DNA of 64,000 nt from Alphaproteobacteria bacterium (GTDB lineage Bacteria > Pseudomonadota > Alphaproteobacteria > UBA2966), in contig OZ219856.1 of NCBI GenBank assembly GCA_964291395.2, positions 1,280,001 to 1,344,000 on the forward strand, in the 5' to 3' direction. Positions 52,287 through 64,000 of the stretch are shown one piece after another (position 1 is the first letter of the stretch; every line of letters starts with the position of its first letter). Made by a program: the position numbers and the translations under genes. The notes beneath the pieces are model-generated. The model saw nothing but the letters and a program-made list of their open reading frames with translations. It made no database searches and was not told the DNA's origin.

Positions 52287-53600
52287 TTAGTCCAGCGTTA
52301 CCAGGGTCCAGGCCAGCAGTCTTGTTCCCAGTGCAAAGTCTTCCAACTCCATGGCTTCGTCGGGGTTGTGGCTGCCGTGATCGTTGCGGATGAAAATCAT
52401 GGCCGCCGGAATTCCTACGTCGTGAAAATCGGCCGCGTCGTGACCGGCGCCGCTCGGGATGTCCATGTACGAGATGTCGAGAAGCTCGGCGCCTTGCCGC
52501 ATATGCGCGCGGAAATCTTCGTCCATTAGGGCCGGTGTGACCAAGGACATCTCATTGAGGCCGATTTCGATGCCGCGCCTTTCGCCGATCTCGACCGCGC
52601 GCTTCGTGACATAGTCCTGCATCTCTTCCAGAACCGCCCTGTCTTGGCTGCGGATGTCAAAGGCGAAGTCGACGGAGCCGGGAACCTTGACGATGGAATG
52701 ATGATCAGAATCGGTGAAAAATTTTCCGGCTGCGAAGACCATGTCACGGCCGTTCGCCCGTGCGTTATCGCATTGCCGTTCGAGGTCGAGGACGAGCTCC
52801 GCCGTCCCCAACACAGCATCCTGCCGCATCTCCTGCGGTACGGCGCCCGAGTGCGTGTAGGCACCTGTCGTGCGGGCGCTACGGGCCCGAAGGCAACCCC
52901 GTATCCCCGTGACGATGCCAACCGGGAATCCTTTGCGGTGAAGGACCGGACCTTGCTCGATGTGGAGCTCGAAGTACCCCTTTACGTTGTCGGGCCCCAG
53001 ATAGGGCCGGCTGCTCTCCCGGAAGTAGGAAGAGTCGAATCCCGCGTCGTCCATACACTGCGCGAGCGTCCGCCCGGTGTGAACGTGGATCGCCGATTCC
53101 ATCTCGCCCGGCCAAAGCAGTCCGAGTACGGCGCGGCTTCCCAGGTGTCCTCCGTGATGTCCGACGAACCAGGTGCTGCATTCCTCGGCCCGAATGCCCA
53201 TGACGGTAATGTCTCGCTGCGGTGTAACGCCCAGCCGTTGAAGTGCGGCCTGTGCGGTGACCCCAGCGATGACACCCGCGGCTCCATCGTAGTTGCCGCC
53301 GTGATAAACGGAATCGAGATGGGACCCCACGAACCACGCCGGCGCCTCCCGGTCCTCGCCGGGCAGCGTCATGTAGAGGTTCCCCGCCGGGTCCTTGCCG
53401 ATCTTGAGGTCCAGAGAAGTCGCGGCTTCTTCAAGGAGGTCATGCGCGATCTGCTCTCCCTCACCGTAGGAGCCGCGCGTGACGCCGACACCGTCCGCCG
53501 TCTTCTCTTCGAGTTCCGAGAAGAGACGCTCCGCGATCGGCATCGACGCATCTACAGCGTCAGAGAATTCCGCTGGGTTTGGTGCGGATCGACGGTTCAT
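52287..53600 (-). CDS. Zn-dependent N-carbamoyl-amino acid/allantoate amidohydrolase (M20)
   Basis: GSHLDSV, GGNYDGAAG, RAEE, ELHIEQGP, SGAGHDA, GSHNPDE. Confidence 0.9.
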   Translation of the reverse strand: MNRRSAPNPAEFSDAVDASMPIAERLFSELEEKTADGVGVTRGSYGEGEQIAHDLLEEAATSLDLKIGKDPAGNLYMTLPGEDREAPAWFVGSHLDSVYHGGNYDGAAGVIAGVTAQAALQRLGVTPQRDITVMGIRAEECSTWFVGHHGGHLGSRAVLGLLWPGEMESAIHVHTGRTLAQCMDDAGFDSSYFRESSRPYLGPDNVKGYFELHIEQGPVLHRKGFPVGIVTGIRGCLRARSARTTGAYTHSGAVPQEMRQDAVLGTAELVLDLERQCDNARANGRDMVFAAGKFFTDSDHHSIVKVPGSVDFAFDIRSQDRAVLEEMQDYVTKRAVEIGERRGIEIGLNEMSLVTPALMDEDFRAHMRQGAELLDISYMDIPSGAGHDAADFHDVGIPAAMIFIRNDHGSHNPDEAMELEDFALGTRLLAWTLVTLD

Positions 53601-53660
53601 GGGCAGACTCCGAACTCATGAGAGGGACTCTACACCATTCTCTGATTGCGGGAATTCCGT

Positions 53661-54638
53661 CTATTTCCAGACCTTTTGCGCGACCGCGAGCCAGTTACCG
53701 CCGAGAATGCCCCGCGTGTCCGCCTCGCTGAAGCCGTCTCGCAGGAGTCCCTCGATGATGAGGCCCATCTCTTCGGGTGGAATGTCGGGTATGGGGCGCG
53801 GATGGAAATGAGGGTTCCACATGGTCCGATTCGAAACCGACTGGTCGTAGATCAGATCGAGGGCGAGGCCGACGTGCTGGGGACCGACTAGATCCGCGAC
53901 GTACCGAACATGTCGGACCAGAAGGTCGACCAGCGACGTGCCGTCGTTCCCTAATACCGGCCCGAAGGCAATGATCCCGACGACCCCACCCGAGGCGGCG
54001 CAGGCCTTAATCTGGTCGTCCCGCACGTTGCGTGTGTGATCGCACAAGGCACGGGCATTGGCATGAGAGATGATGACCGGTTCGCTCGAAGCGTCGAACA
54101 CGTCCATGCTGGTTCGGTATCCGGTGTGAGCCACGTCGACCAACATGCCCACGCGGTTCATCTCCTTGACCAGATCGGCGCCCAAGCGGCTCAGTCCCCC
54201 GTCCGTCAGTTCCTGGCAGCCATCCCCGACCGGCGTCTTGACATTGTAGCACATGAGCATGTGGCGAATGCCGAGCTTGTAATACACCTCCACCATGGCG
54301 AGGTCGTGCGCGATGGGATTGGCACCCTGAAAATGAAACGCGATGGCGAGTTTGTTCTCCCGTCGGGCTCGCATGATGTCATCTGTCGATTCGATGAGGA
54401 CGTATGTATCGGGCCGCCCCAGGAAGTAGTGCCGTTCCTTGGCAATGGAGCGGATCGCCGCCGGGAGATCCATCCAGTCCCCGCCGACCGTGAGCGAAAC
54501 CACATCGAAACCGTTCTCCGCCATGCGCTGCAACATGGCTACTTTCAGTTCAGGATCGCCGTAGTCCGTATATGGCAGCGTCATGTCCCAAATGAGCGCG
54601 TTGGACTGAAGCTGTCGGGCTTGATCCGATACCTCCAT
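53661..54638 (-). CDS. Membrane dipeptidase (M19) family
   Basis: GMLVDVAH, ISHAN, RNVRDDQI, GILGGNW. Confidence 0.88.
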   Translation of the reverse strand: MEVSDQARQLQSNALIWDMTLPYTDYGDPELKVAMLQRMAENGFDVVSLTVGGDWMDLPAAIRSIAKERHYFLGRPDTYVLIESTDDIMRARRENKLAIAFHFQGANPIAHDLAMVEVYYKLGIRHMLMCYNVKTPVGDGCQELTDGGLSRLGADLVKEMNRVGMLVDVAHTGYRTSMDVFDASSEPVIISHANARALCDHTRNVRDDQIKACAASGGVVGIIAFGPVLGNDGTSLVDLLVRHVRYVADLVGPQHVGLALDLIYDQSVSNRTMWNPHFHPRPIPDIPPEEMGLIIEGLLRDGFSEADTRGILGGNWLAVAQKVWK

Positions 54639-54691
54639 GAATGCGGCGCCTCGGCTGACTGACGCGGCTCGAAAGCAGTAGCGACTCGTAT

Positions 54692-55711
54692 TCAGGCCGC
54701 CGCGCCAGGGAAGAGCGGAATCCCTTTTGCCCGTTCAATACCCGAGACTTCGTGGGGTTCATAAAGTTCTTCGAGAAACGTCATTTCCTCTTCGTCGAGT
54801 TGGATGTCCACGGCCTTCGCGGCGTCCGTGACATGGGATACCCGTGTGGCGCCGATTATGGGCGCCGTGACATACGGTTTGTGGAGGGTCCAGGCGATGG
54901 CGATTTGAGCCGGCGTATGGCCACGCTTCTTTGCCAGCGTGACGAGCCGGTCGATGATGTCGAAATTGTTGTCGAGGTGGTATAGCTGCCGAGATCGCGG
55001 ATCTCCCTTGGCACGTTTCGTTGGTGCGGCGCCCCGCCGCTTACGCTTGCCGGACAGGTATCCCTTGGCGAGCGGCGCCCAGGGGATGACTCCGACGCCC
55101 TCCTCCTCGCAGAGCGGCATCATTTCCCGCTCCTCCTCGCGATAGATGAGGTTGTAGTGATTCTGCATGGACACGAACCGGGTCCAGCCGTTGAGGTCCG
55201 CCGTATAGAGCATCTTCGTGAACTGGTAGGCAAACATGCTGGAGGCGCCCAGGTAGAGGACTTTGCCCGCCTTTACGACATCATGGAGCGCCTCGATCGT
55301 TTCCTCGATCGGGGTCAGGTGATCGAACCGATGTATCTGATAGAGATCCAGATAATCGGTCCCCAAGCGTTTCAAGCTGGCGTCGATACCTTCCATGATG
55401 TGCTTGCGGCTCAAGCCGCCGGCGTTGGGAGAGGGGCCCATGGGGTTGAAGACCTTCGACGCGATGACGAGTTCGTCTCTCCCGGCGTATCTCGTCAGCC
55501 ACTTCCCGGTAATCAATTCGCTCTCGCCGTTCGAATAGGTGTCGGCCGTATCGAAGAAATTGATGCCGAGGTCGAGGGCCTTCTTGAAGTGGGACCGGGC
55601 CCCTTTCTCGTCGATCATGTAGTCGCGATACCACCTGCCGCCGTAGCTCATGCAACCGAGCACCACGCGGCTGACCTTCAGACCCGTCTGACCGAGATTG
55701 ACGTATTCCAC
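54692..55711 (-). CDS. Aldo/keto reductase (YajO-like)
   Basis: LGCMSYG, FDTADTYS, SLKRLGTDYLDLYQIH, MQNHYNL. Confidence 0.93.
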   Translation of the reverse strand: MEYVNLGQTGLKVSRVVLGCMSYGGRWYRDYMIDEKGARSHFKKALDLGINFFDTADTYSNGESELITGKWLTRYAGRDELVIASKVFNPMGPSPNAGGLSRKHIMEGIDASLKRLGTDYLDLYQIHRFDHLTPIEETIEALHDVVKAGKVLYLGASSMFAYQFTKMLYTADLNGWTRFVSMQNHYNLIYREEEREMMPLCEEEGVGVIPWAPLAKGYLSGKRKRRGAAPTKRAKGDPRSRQLYHLDNNFDIIDRLVTLAKKRGHTPAQIAIAWTLHKPYVTAPIIGATRVSHVTDAAKAVDIQLDEEEMTFLEELYEPHEVSGIERAKGIPLFPGAAA

Positions 55712-55831
55712 CGGGCATCCTCCCTGTCGGTATATGTCCTGAGTTGCCGACGTTATAACAGAGGAACGCGATCGGTGGCGCGTCGCACCTCGGGCAAGCT
55801 ACCATGCAGCGATCCGTGACAGTTTGATGAA

Positions 55832-58699
<2,868 letters not shown>

Positions 58700-58703
58700 T
58701 CAA

Positions 58704-58731
58704 TCCCGAAGACCTATGGTGGGTCTCGGGA
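58704..58731. terminator. Hairpin after the FAAL-acyltransferase gene
   Basis: TCCCGAAGACCTA-TGG-TGGGTCTCGGGA, 4 nt after the stop; no strong U tract. Confidence 0.45.
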
Positions 58732-58781
58732 CCGACGCCCTGGCTCCTTGAGAACGGCGATCCCTTCGTTGTTGTGGCATG

Positions 58782-58865
58782 CCGGGCGCGGCACCTCGCA
58801 GGGCTACAGCACTGACTAGCTCACGTAGTAGTCCCGCGCCGCCGGGACTGGGGCGCCGCATCCGG
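58782..58865 (-). ncRNA. Structured RNA candidate (four-way junction)
   Basis: 14-bp closing stem (58782-58795/58852-58865) around three adjacent hairpins, in a convergent intergenic gap; strand inferred from G-U pairing. Confidence 0.5.
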
Positions 58866-58954
58866 GAAGTGCACTGGTACGAAAAAGGACCGCCACGAGC
58901 CGTCCCGATCCGGGGGCGACGGCGCTTCGAGGTCATCCGTGCGTCATTCTTGCG

Positions 58955-60211
58955 TTAAGCGTTGTACCTGTCGAGCGCCCATTGGGAGGGGTCTATTTCG
59001 GGATCGCGTCCGCTCATCATGTCGCTCACCAGCTTCGCCGAACCGCAGGCGAGTGTCCAACCGACCGAACCATGACCCGTGTTCAGGAACAGGTTGCGGA
59101 ACCTCGTTTTTCCAATCACGGGAGAGCCGTCGGGAGTCATGGGGCGTAGACCCGTCCAGAAAACGACCTGTCCGGGGTCGCTACCGTTCGGAAAAAGTTC
59201 AAATAGGGGCTTGAGAACGGATCGTGCCCGGCGCTCGTCGATGCGACGATCGTAGCCGACCAATTCCGCCGTGCCGGCCGCCCGGAGTTTGCCGCCGAGA
59301 CGGGCGACAACGACCTTGCGTTCCTCGTCGGCTATCCCCATGGACGGCGCATTGTTACGGCCTTCGACAGGAAGGGTCACGGAATACCCTTTGACGGGGT
59401 AGACGGGCAGCGAAACGCCGAGCCGCTTGGTGAACAGAGGGCTTTCGCTCCCCATCGCGACCACGACGGCGTCGGCCTTCCTGGTACCGCCATCGGTCTT
59501 CACGCCGGTCACCGTGTCGCCGTTGGTATCGATCGAGACCGCGCGTTCATTGTAGTGGAAGCGGACGCCCATGCGTTCGCAGTACTTCGCGAGTTCTCGC
59601 GTGAAGACGTGAGCGTCGCCGCATTCGTCGAGGGGCGAATATATGCCACCGGCGATCGAGGTTGCCGCATCCTCCAGCGCGGGTTCCCTCCTCAGACATT
59701 CCCGCGCGTCGAGTGCCTCCTTGCTGACGCCCTCGCGGCGCAAAGCCTCGGCGTGCCCAGCCGCCGCCTCATAAGCCTGGGGGGTTCGGAACACGGACAG
59801 GATGCCGCGCGCTGAGTGATCGAACCGAATGCCTGTCGACTCCCGGACCACCGTCAGCATCCTCTGGCTGTATCTCGACAGGCGCTGAAGCCTTACCGCA
59901 TTCTCATGAAAGCGGTCTGGCGTGCAGTTGCGAAGGAATGAAACTCCCCAACGCCACATGTGAGGATCGAGCTGCGGCACCATCCGGAAAGGGGCATCGC
60001 GCCTTCCCATCCAGCGCAACAGTTGTCCTGGCAGTTCAGGTCTCGACCAGGGAGCGGCATGGCCGACGGAAATCTGCCCCCCGTTGGCGAAGCTGGTTTC
60101 GAGGCCCACACCGTCGCGCCGTTCGATAACCGAGACCTCGTGACCAGCTTCACTGAGGAAGTGGGCCGTGGTGACACCGATTACCCCGCCGCCGAGGACG
60201 ACAACCTTCAC
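58955..60211 (-). CDS. dadA: D-amino acid dehydrogenase
   Basis: VVLGGGVIG, ETSFANGGQIS, YPVKGYS, WTGLRPMTPDG, NTGHG. Confidence 0.9.
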   Translation of the reverse strand: MKVVVLGGGVIGVTTAHFLSEAGHEVSVIERRDGVGLETSFANGGQISVGHAAPWSRPELPGQLLRWMGRRDAPFRMVPQLDPHMWRWGVSFLRNCTPDRFHENAVRLQRLSRYSQRMLTVVRESTGIRFDHSARGILSVFRTPQAYEAAAGHAEALRREGVSKEALDARECLRREPALEDAATSIAGGIYSPLDECGDAHVFTRELAKYCERMGVRFHYNERAVSIDTNGDTVTGVKTDGGTRKADAVVVAMGSESPLFTKRLGVSLPVYPVKGYSVTLPVEGRNNAPSMGIADEERKVVVARLGGKLRAAGTAELVGYDRRIDERRARSVLKPLFELFPNGSDPGQVVFWTGLRPMTPDGSPVIGKTRFRNLFLNTGHGSVGWTLACGSAKLVSDMMSGRDPEIDPSQWALDRYNA

Positions 60212-60307
60212 GCCGTGATCCTCTTTTCAATGCCCGTGCACGCGGGACTCGACTGGATCCGAGAACTGAACATAGCTTTCCGGCAACGCACCTGTGGGAG
60301 AACCTCC

Positions 60308-61758
60308 GTGTCGGACGACATTCTATACATGCCCGCCAGCGAACTGGTCGATCGTTATCGCGACCGAAGTCTCTCTCCGGTCGACGTCACGCGCGCCACG
60401 CTCGATCGTATTTCTGCGATCGACGAAAAGACGAACGCTTATGTCGTGGTCGATGCGGAATTGGCCATGGAGGCCGCATGGGCTTCGGAGAAGAGATGGC
60501 GTGACGGCAAGCCAATGGGCCTCGTGGATGGGGTTCCGTGTTCGGTCAAGGATCTGGTGCTCGCCAAGGGGTGGCCGACGCTCTTCGGATCGAAAACAAC
60601 CGATCCCGATCAGGCTTGGGATGCCGATGCGCCCTGTGTGGCACGGCTGCGGGAACACGGTGCCGTCATCCTCGGCAAGACGACGACGCCGGAATTCGGG
60701 TGGAAGGGCGTCACGGACAGTGCGGTATCGGGCATCACACGAAACCCCTGGAATCTGGAAAAGACACCTGGTGGCTCGAGCGGGGGTGCAGGAGCGGCCG
60801 TAGCGGCGGGAATGTGCCATCTGGCCATTGGTACCGACGGCGGAGGTTCCATTCGCATTCCTTCGGGTTTCTCGGGGACCTTCGGCCTGAAGCCGAGCTT
60901 CGGGCGCGTGCCTGCCTGGCCGGCGGGGCCGGTTCGGCACGCTCGGGCACGTGGGTCCCATGACGCGAACGGTAGAGGACGCGGCGCTCATGCTGACCGT
61001 CCACGGGAGCCCCGCGAACGGTAGAGGACGCGGCGCTCATGCTGACCGTCATCTCACAGCCCGATCCCCGTGACTGGACGGCGCTGCCCTACGATCCTCG
61101 TGACTACCGCGACGGTCTGGACCGGGGACTGGAAGGACTCCGAGTCGCGTTCACGCCTGACCTGGGCTATGCCGATGTCGATTCCGAAATCTCCAAAATC
61201 ACCACCCGCGCCGCCGAGTCGTTCTCATACTTCGGTGCGGAGGTCGTCCACGGGAGCCCCGGGTTCGAGGATCCCAAAGTCGCCTTTCGGACGCTGTGGT
61301 GGGCGGGTGCCGCGAACGGACTTCGCGGGTTGACCGATCAACAGATGAAGCTCGTGGAGCCCGATCTTGCCGACATGGTGGAAGAGGGAAGGAAGATTCC
61401 GCTGCTCGACTACATCGCCGCGGACCAGGAGCGGGTCGTCCTGGGCGAACTCATGATGGAGTTCCACCAGACATACGATCTTCTCCTGACGCCCAGTCTG
61501 GCGGTCGCCGCATTTGAAACGGGAACGTTCTCGCCCCGCGAGACCGACGATCCGAAGTGGATTACATGGTCGCCGTTCACCTATCCCTTCAACATGACCA
61601 AGCAACCGGCCGCGAGCGTTCCCTGCGGGTTCACGGCCGACGGATTGCCCGTGGGCTTGCAGATCGTCGGTCCCATGTTCGCGGACCACTTGGTGTTGCG
61701 CGCGTCCCAGGCCTACCAGCGGGGGTTCCCCCTGACCGACAGGCGGCCACCGATTTGA
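60308..61758 (+). pseudogene. Amidase, disrupted by a +1 base and a 49-bp duplication/insertion
   Basis: VKD, GGSSGGAGAA, GTDGGGSIRIP in one frame; the continuation FGTLGHVGPMTRTVEDAALMLTV and the C-half lie in other frames. Confidence 0.82.
60964..61050 (+). repeat. 38-bp direct repeat with an 11-bp spacer
   Basis: CGCGAACGGTAGAGGACGCGGCGCTCATGCTGACCGTC at 60964-61001 and 61013-61050. Confidence 0.92.
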
Positions 61759-61853
61759 GCCTGCGCACCGCGTCGGCCGAACGCCCGGTGAGGGCGCGGA
61801 TGTAGGGGAGGTTCCGTGATAGAGTTGAGCATCATCTAGACCGGGAGGATCGA

Positions 61854-62564
61854 GTGAGCGAGTACACGACGTTGCCGAAGGCCGACTTGGGCGAGGCGAG
61901 CCACATCGAAGTCGTCGAACAACTTCTGCAGGTCGACGGCCAGTACTTCGTCGATGTGGGGAGCGGGGACGGCGGGTTCGCATGCGCCCTCGCGGAGCGC
62001 GGGGCCAACGTGCTTGCGATCGAACCGGACGAGCGGCGGACTCCGCCTGAACTTCCTTCGGCCATCCGCGATCGCGTGACGTTCAAGCTGGTCGGCGGGG
62101 AGGCCATTCCGCTCGAAGATGGGAAAGCGAACGGCGTCTTCTTCAACCGGTCTCTCCACCACGTACTTCCAGAACTCATGGATCAGGCTCTCTCGGAGGC
62201 GCGACGTGTCCTGACCCCCGACGACGGTTTCCTGTATGTGGTGGAACCCGACATGTCGGGGACTTGGTCCAAACTTCTGAAACCCTTTCACGACGAGACC
62301 GAAGTTCGCCGCCTCGCCATCGAAGCTCTGGACCGTACGGCTTCGCGGCTGTTCGCCGGGGGGCATGAGTATTGGTACATGCTCTGGGTGCGCTTCAACG
62401 ATTTCGAGGAATTCGCGACGCGGCCCATGATGGCGAGGCTCCGCATTCCGGTGGAAGACGTCGAGACGCCCGAGGTCCGCTCCCTGTTCGATGCCGGCAA
62501 GGTGTCCAATGGATACGCGTTTTCGCAGGTTCTGCGGCTTCGTGTTTATCGAGGAGCGGCGTAA
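61854..62564 (+). CDS. Class I SAM-dependent methyltransferase
   Basis: VDVGSGDG, SLHHV, ALSEARRVL; GGGAGG RBS. Confidence 0.87.
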   Translation: MSEYTTLPKADLGEASHIEVVEQLLQVDGQYFVDVGSGDGGFACALAERGANVLAIEPDERRTPPELPSAIRDRVTFKLVGGEAIPLEDGKANGVFFNRSLHHVLPELMDQALSEARRVLTPDDGFLYVVEPDMSGTWSKLLKPFHDETEVRRLAIEALDRTASRLFAGGHEYWYMLWVRFNDFEEFATRPMMARLRIPVEDVETPEVRSLFDAGKVSNGYAFSQVLRLRVYRGAA

Positions 62565-62587
62565 GGAAACCACGCGGCCGCGCGTTC

Positions 62588-64000
62588 GTGACGGATACCG
62601 AGATCGTGTCCAACCGTTCATCCTTTGATCTTCTGTCCGTCGATGAGATGTACGCCGCGGATCGGGCAGCGGTGGAGGGCGGGGTTTCCGGCACCACGCT
62701 GATGGAAGCGGCGGGGGCAGGCGTCGTGCGGGCGATAACGCGACGCTGGGCACCGAGGCCCACGGTCGTCCTTTGCGGTCCCGGCAACAATGGCGGGGAT
62801 GGATTCGTGATCGCTAGGCGGCTTCGGCAGGCGGGCGCCTGGGACGTTCGCCTTGCGCTGCTGGGGTCTCCGGACAGGTTGCACGGCGATGCGCGGGTCA
62901 TGGCGGACTCCTGGGACGGAGACGTGCTGCCGCTCGATCCGAAATCCACGGAGGGGGCAGCTTTGATCGTCGACGCTATCTTCGGCGCGGGCCTGTCCCG
63001 GGACATAGACGGCATCACACGGGCGACACTCGAGTCCGCCAATGCCGCCGACGCCGTGCGGGTGGCCGTTGACGTCCCAAGCGGCATTCACGGCGATACC
63101 GGTCACGAGTGCGGCTACTGTTTCCGGGCCGATCTGTCCGTCACGTTTTTCCGCAAGAAGCCGGGGCACGTGCTTCTCCCCGGACGCATGGTGTGCGGTG
63201 AGGTCGAGGTTGCCGACATCGGAATACCGGCTTCGGTTCTGGAAGCGGTCGCGCCGCGGGTGGCGGAAAACGATCCCGCGCTCTGGAGTCACCTCGTTCC
63301 GGTCCCCGGTCCCCAAACGCACAAGTATCGCCGAGGCCATGCCCTGATCGTCAGCGGCGGCCCGGAAAGCACCGGTGCCGCGCGCCTCGCCGCGCGGGCC
63401 GCGCTGCGCATCGGATCGGGGCTGGTTACGGTCGCATGCCCACCCGATTCCCTCATCGTGAACGCCTCCCAATTGACGGCCGTCATGACGGACAGCTTTG
63501 CCGGATCGCTTGAACTCAAGGAGGTTCTGGGTCGGCGGCGCCGGAACGCCGTGCTCCTCGGCCCGGGAAACGGTGTAACCAAGGCAACCCGCACGAACGT
63601 ACTAACGGCTCTTCAATCCCCCGTGGCCTGTGTGCTCGATGCCGACGCGTTGACCGTATTCGCCGATCAGAGGGACGTGCTTGGAACGGCGATCTCCGGT
63701 CTCTGTGTGCTGACGCCCCACGACGGTGAATTCACGCGCCTGTTTGGCGAGGCCTCGCAGGGACAGGGAAAAGTGGACGCCGTGCGCCAAGCTGCCGGAT
63801 CGGTCGACGCGGTGGTACTTCTCAAGGGTGCCGATACCGTCATTGCGTCGCCGGATGGGCGCGTTGTGATCAACGGCAACGCGCCTCCCGAGCTGGCGAC
63901 TGCGGGTACGGGTGACGTGCTGTCGGGTCTGGTCGTGGGATTGCTGGCCCAGGGCATGGAGCCGTTCGAGGCGGCTTCTGCCGCGGCATGGATGCATGGA
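62588..64000 (+). CDS. nnr: Bifunctional NAD(P)H-hydrate epimerase/dehydratase, runs off the right edge
   Basis: Not in the ORF track; manual translation gives LMEAAG, LCGPGNNGGDG, VDAIFGAGL, AVDVPSG, HKYRRGH, LTPHDGEF, LATAGTGDVL; start approximate. Confidence 0.92.
   Translation, partial: MTDTEIVSNRSSFDLLSVDEMYAADRAAVEGGVSGTTLMEAAGAGVVRAITRRWAPRPTVVLCGPGNNGGDGFVIARRLRQAGAWDVRLALLGSPDRLHGDARVMADSWDGDVLPLDPKSTEGAALIVDAIFGAGLSRDIDGITRATLESANAADAVRVAVDVPSGIHGDTGHECGYCFRADLSVTFFRKKPGHVLLPGRMVCGEVEVADIGIPASVLEAVAPRVAENDPALWSHLVPVPGPQTHKYRRGHALIVSGGPESTGAARLAARAALRIGSGLVTVACPPDSLIVNASQLTAVMTDSFAGSLELKEVLGRRRRNAVLLGPGNGVTKATRTNVLTALQSPVACVLDADALTVFADQRDVLGTAISGLCVLTPHDGEFTRLFGEASQGQGKVDAVRQAAGSVDAVVLLKGADTVIASPDGRVVINGNAPPELATAGTGDVLSGLVVGLLAQGMEPFEAASAAAWMHG

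Noticed and set aside
58700-58950. 6S, tmRNA, SRP, RNase P, cobalamin riboswitch or group II intron end
   Set aside because: Hallmark motifs of these RNAs were not found by eye; kept only as an unassigned structured element.
60964-61050. 38-bp direct repeat as a mini-CRISPR
   Set aside because: Only two copies, an 11-bp spacer, the repeat is amidase coding sequence, and there are no cas genes.

Overview
GC-rich bacterial DNA with an alphaproteobacterial gene set. tRNA-His keeps G-1/C73, which fits a Rhodospirillales-like lineage. The left ~26.6 kb is mostly housekeeping: a small catabolic cluster, lmdC-like M23 peptidase plus bactofilin, bcp, glnE, AsmA/YhdP-like, tyrS, anmK, cysE, cysteine desulfurase, DEAD helicase, parE, and glnBA with a sigma54 promoter. 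From ~26.9 to 62.6 kb lies a catabolic and transport-rich accessory block between glnB and nnr. It holds HyuA/B with an amidase, aminotransferases, tRNA-His, MMPL and SMR transporters, a Rieske oxygenase and reductase, three tandem EmrB-like MFS genes, a carbamoylase, an ACP-FAAL-acyltransferase, dadA, a disrupted amidase and a methyltransferase. No CRISPR array, rRNA, integrase or intact transposase was seen. The most interesting signals are non-coding or remnant: a four-way-junction structured element at 58.78-58.87 kb (candidate orphan IS110 bridge-RNA-type or omegaRNA-type guide), a degenerate tandem copy of tRNA-His with a compensated acceptor stem, a switch-like leader before the SMR gene, a HyuB fused to a CDC48-N-like barrel beside a GatC/AtzG-like microprotein, and several deletion scars. 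All protein calls come from motif recognition, not database searches.
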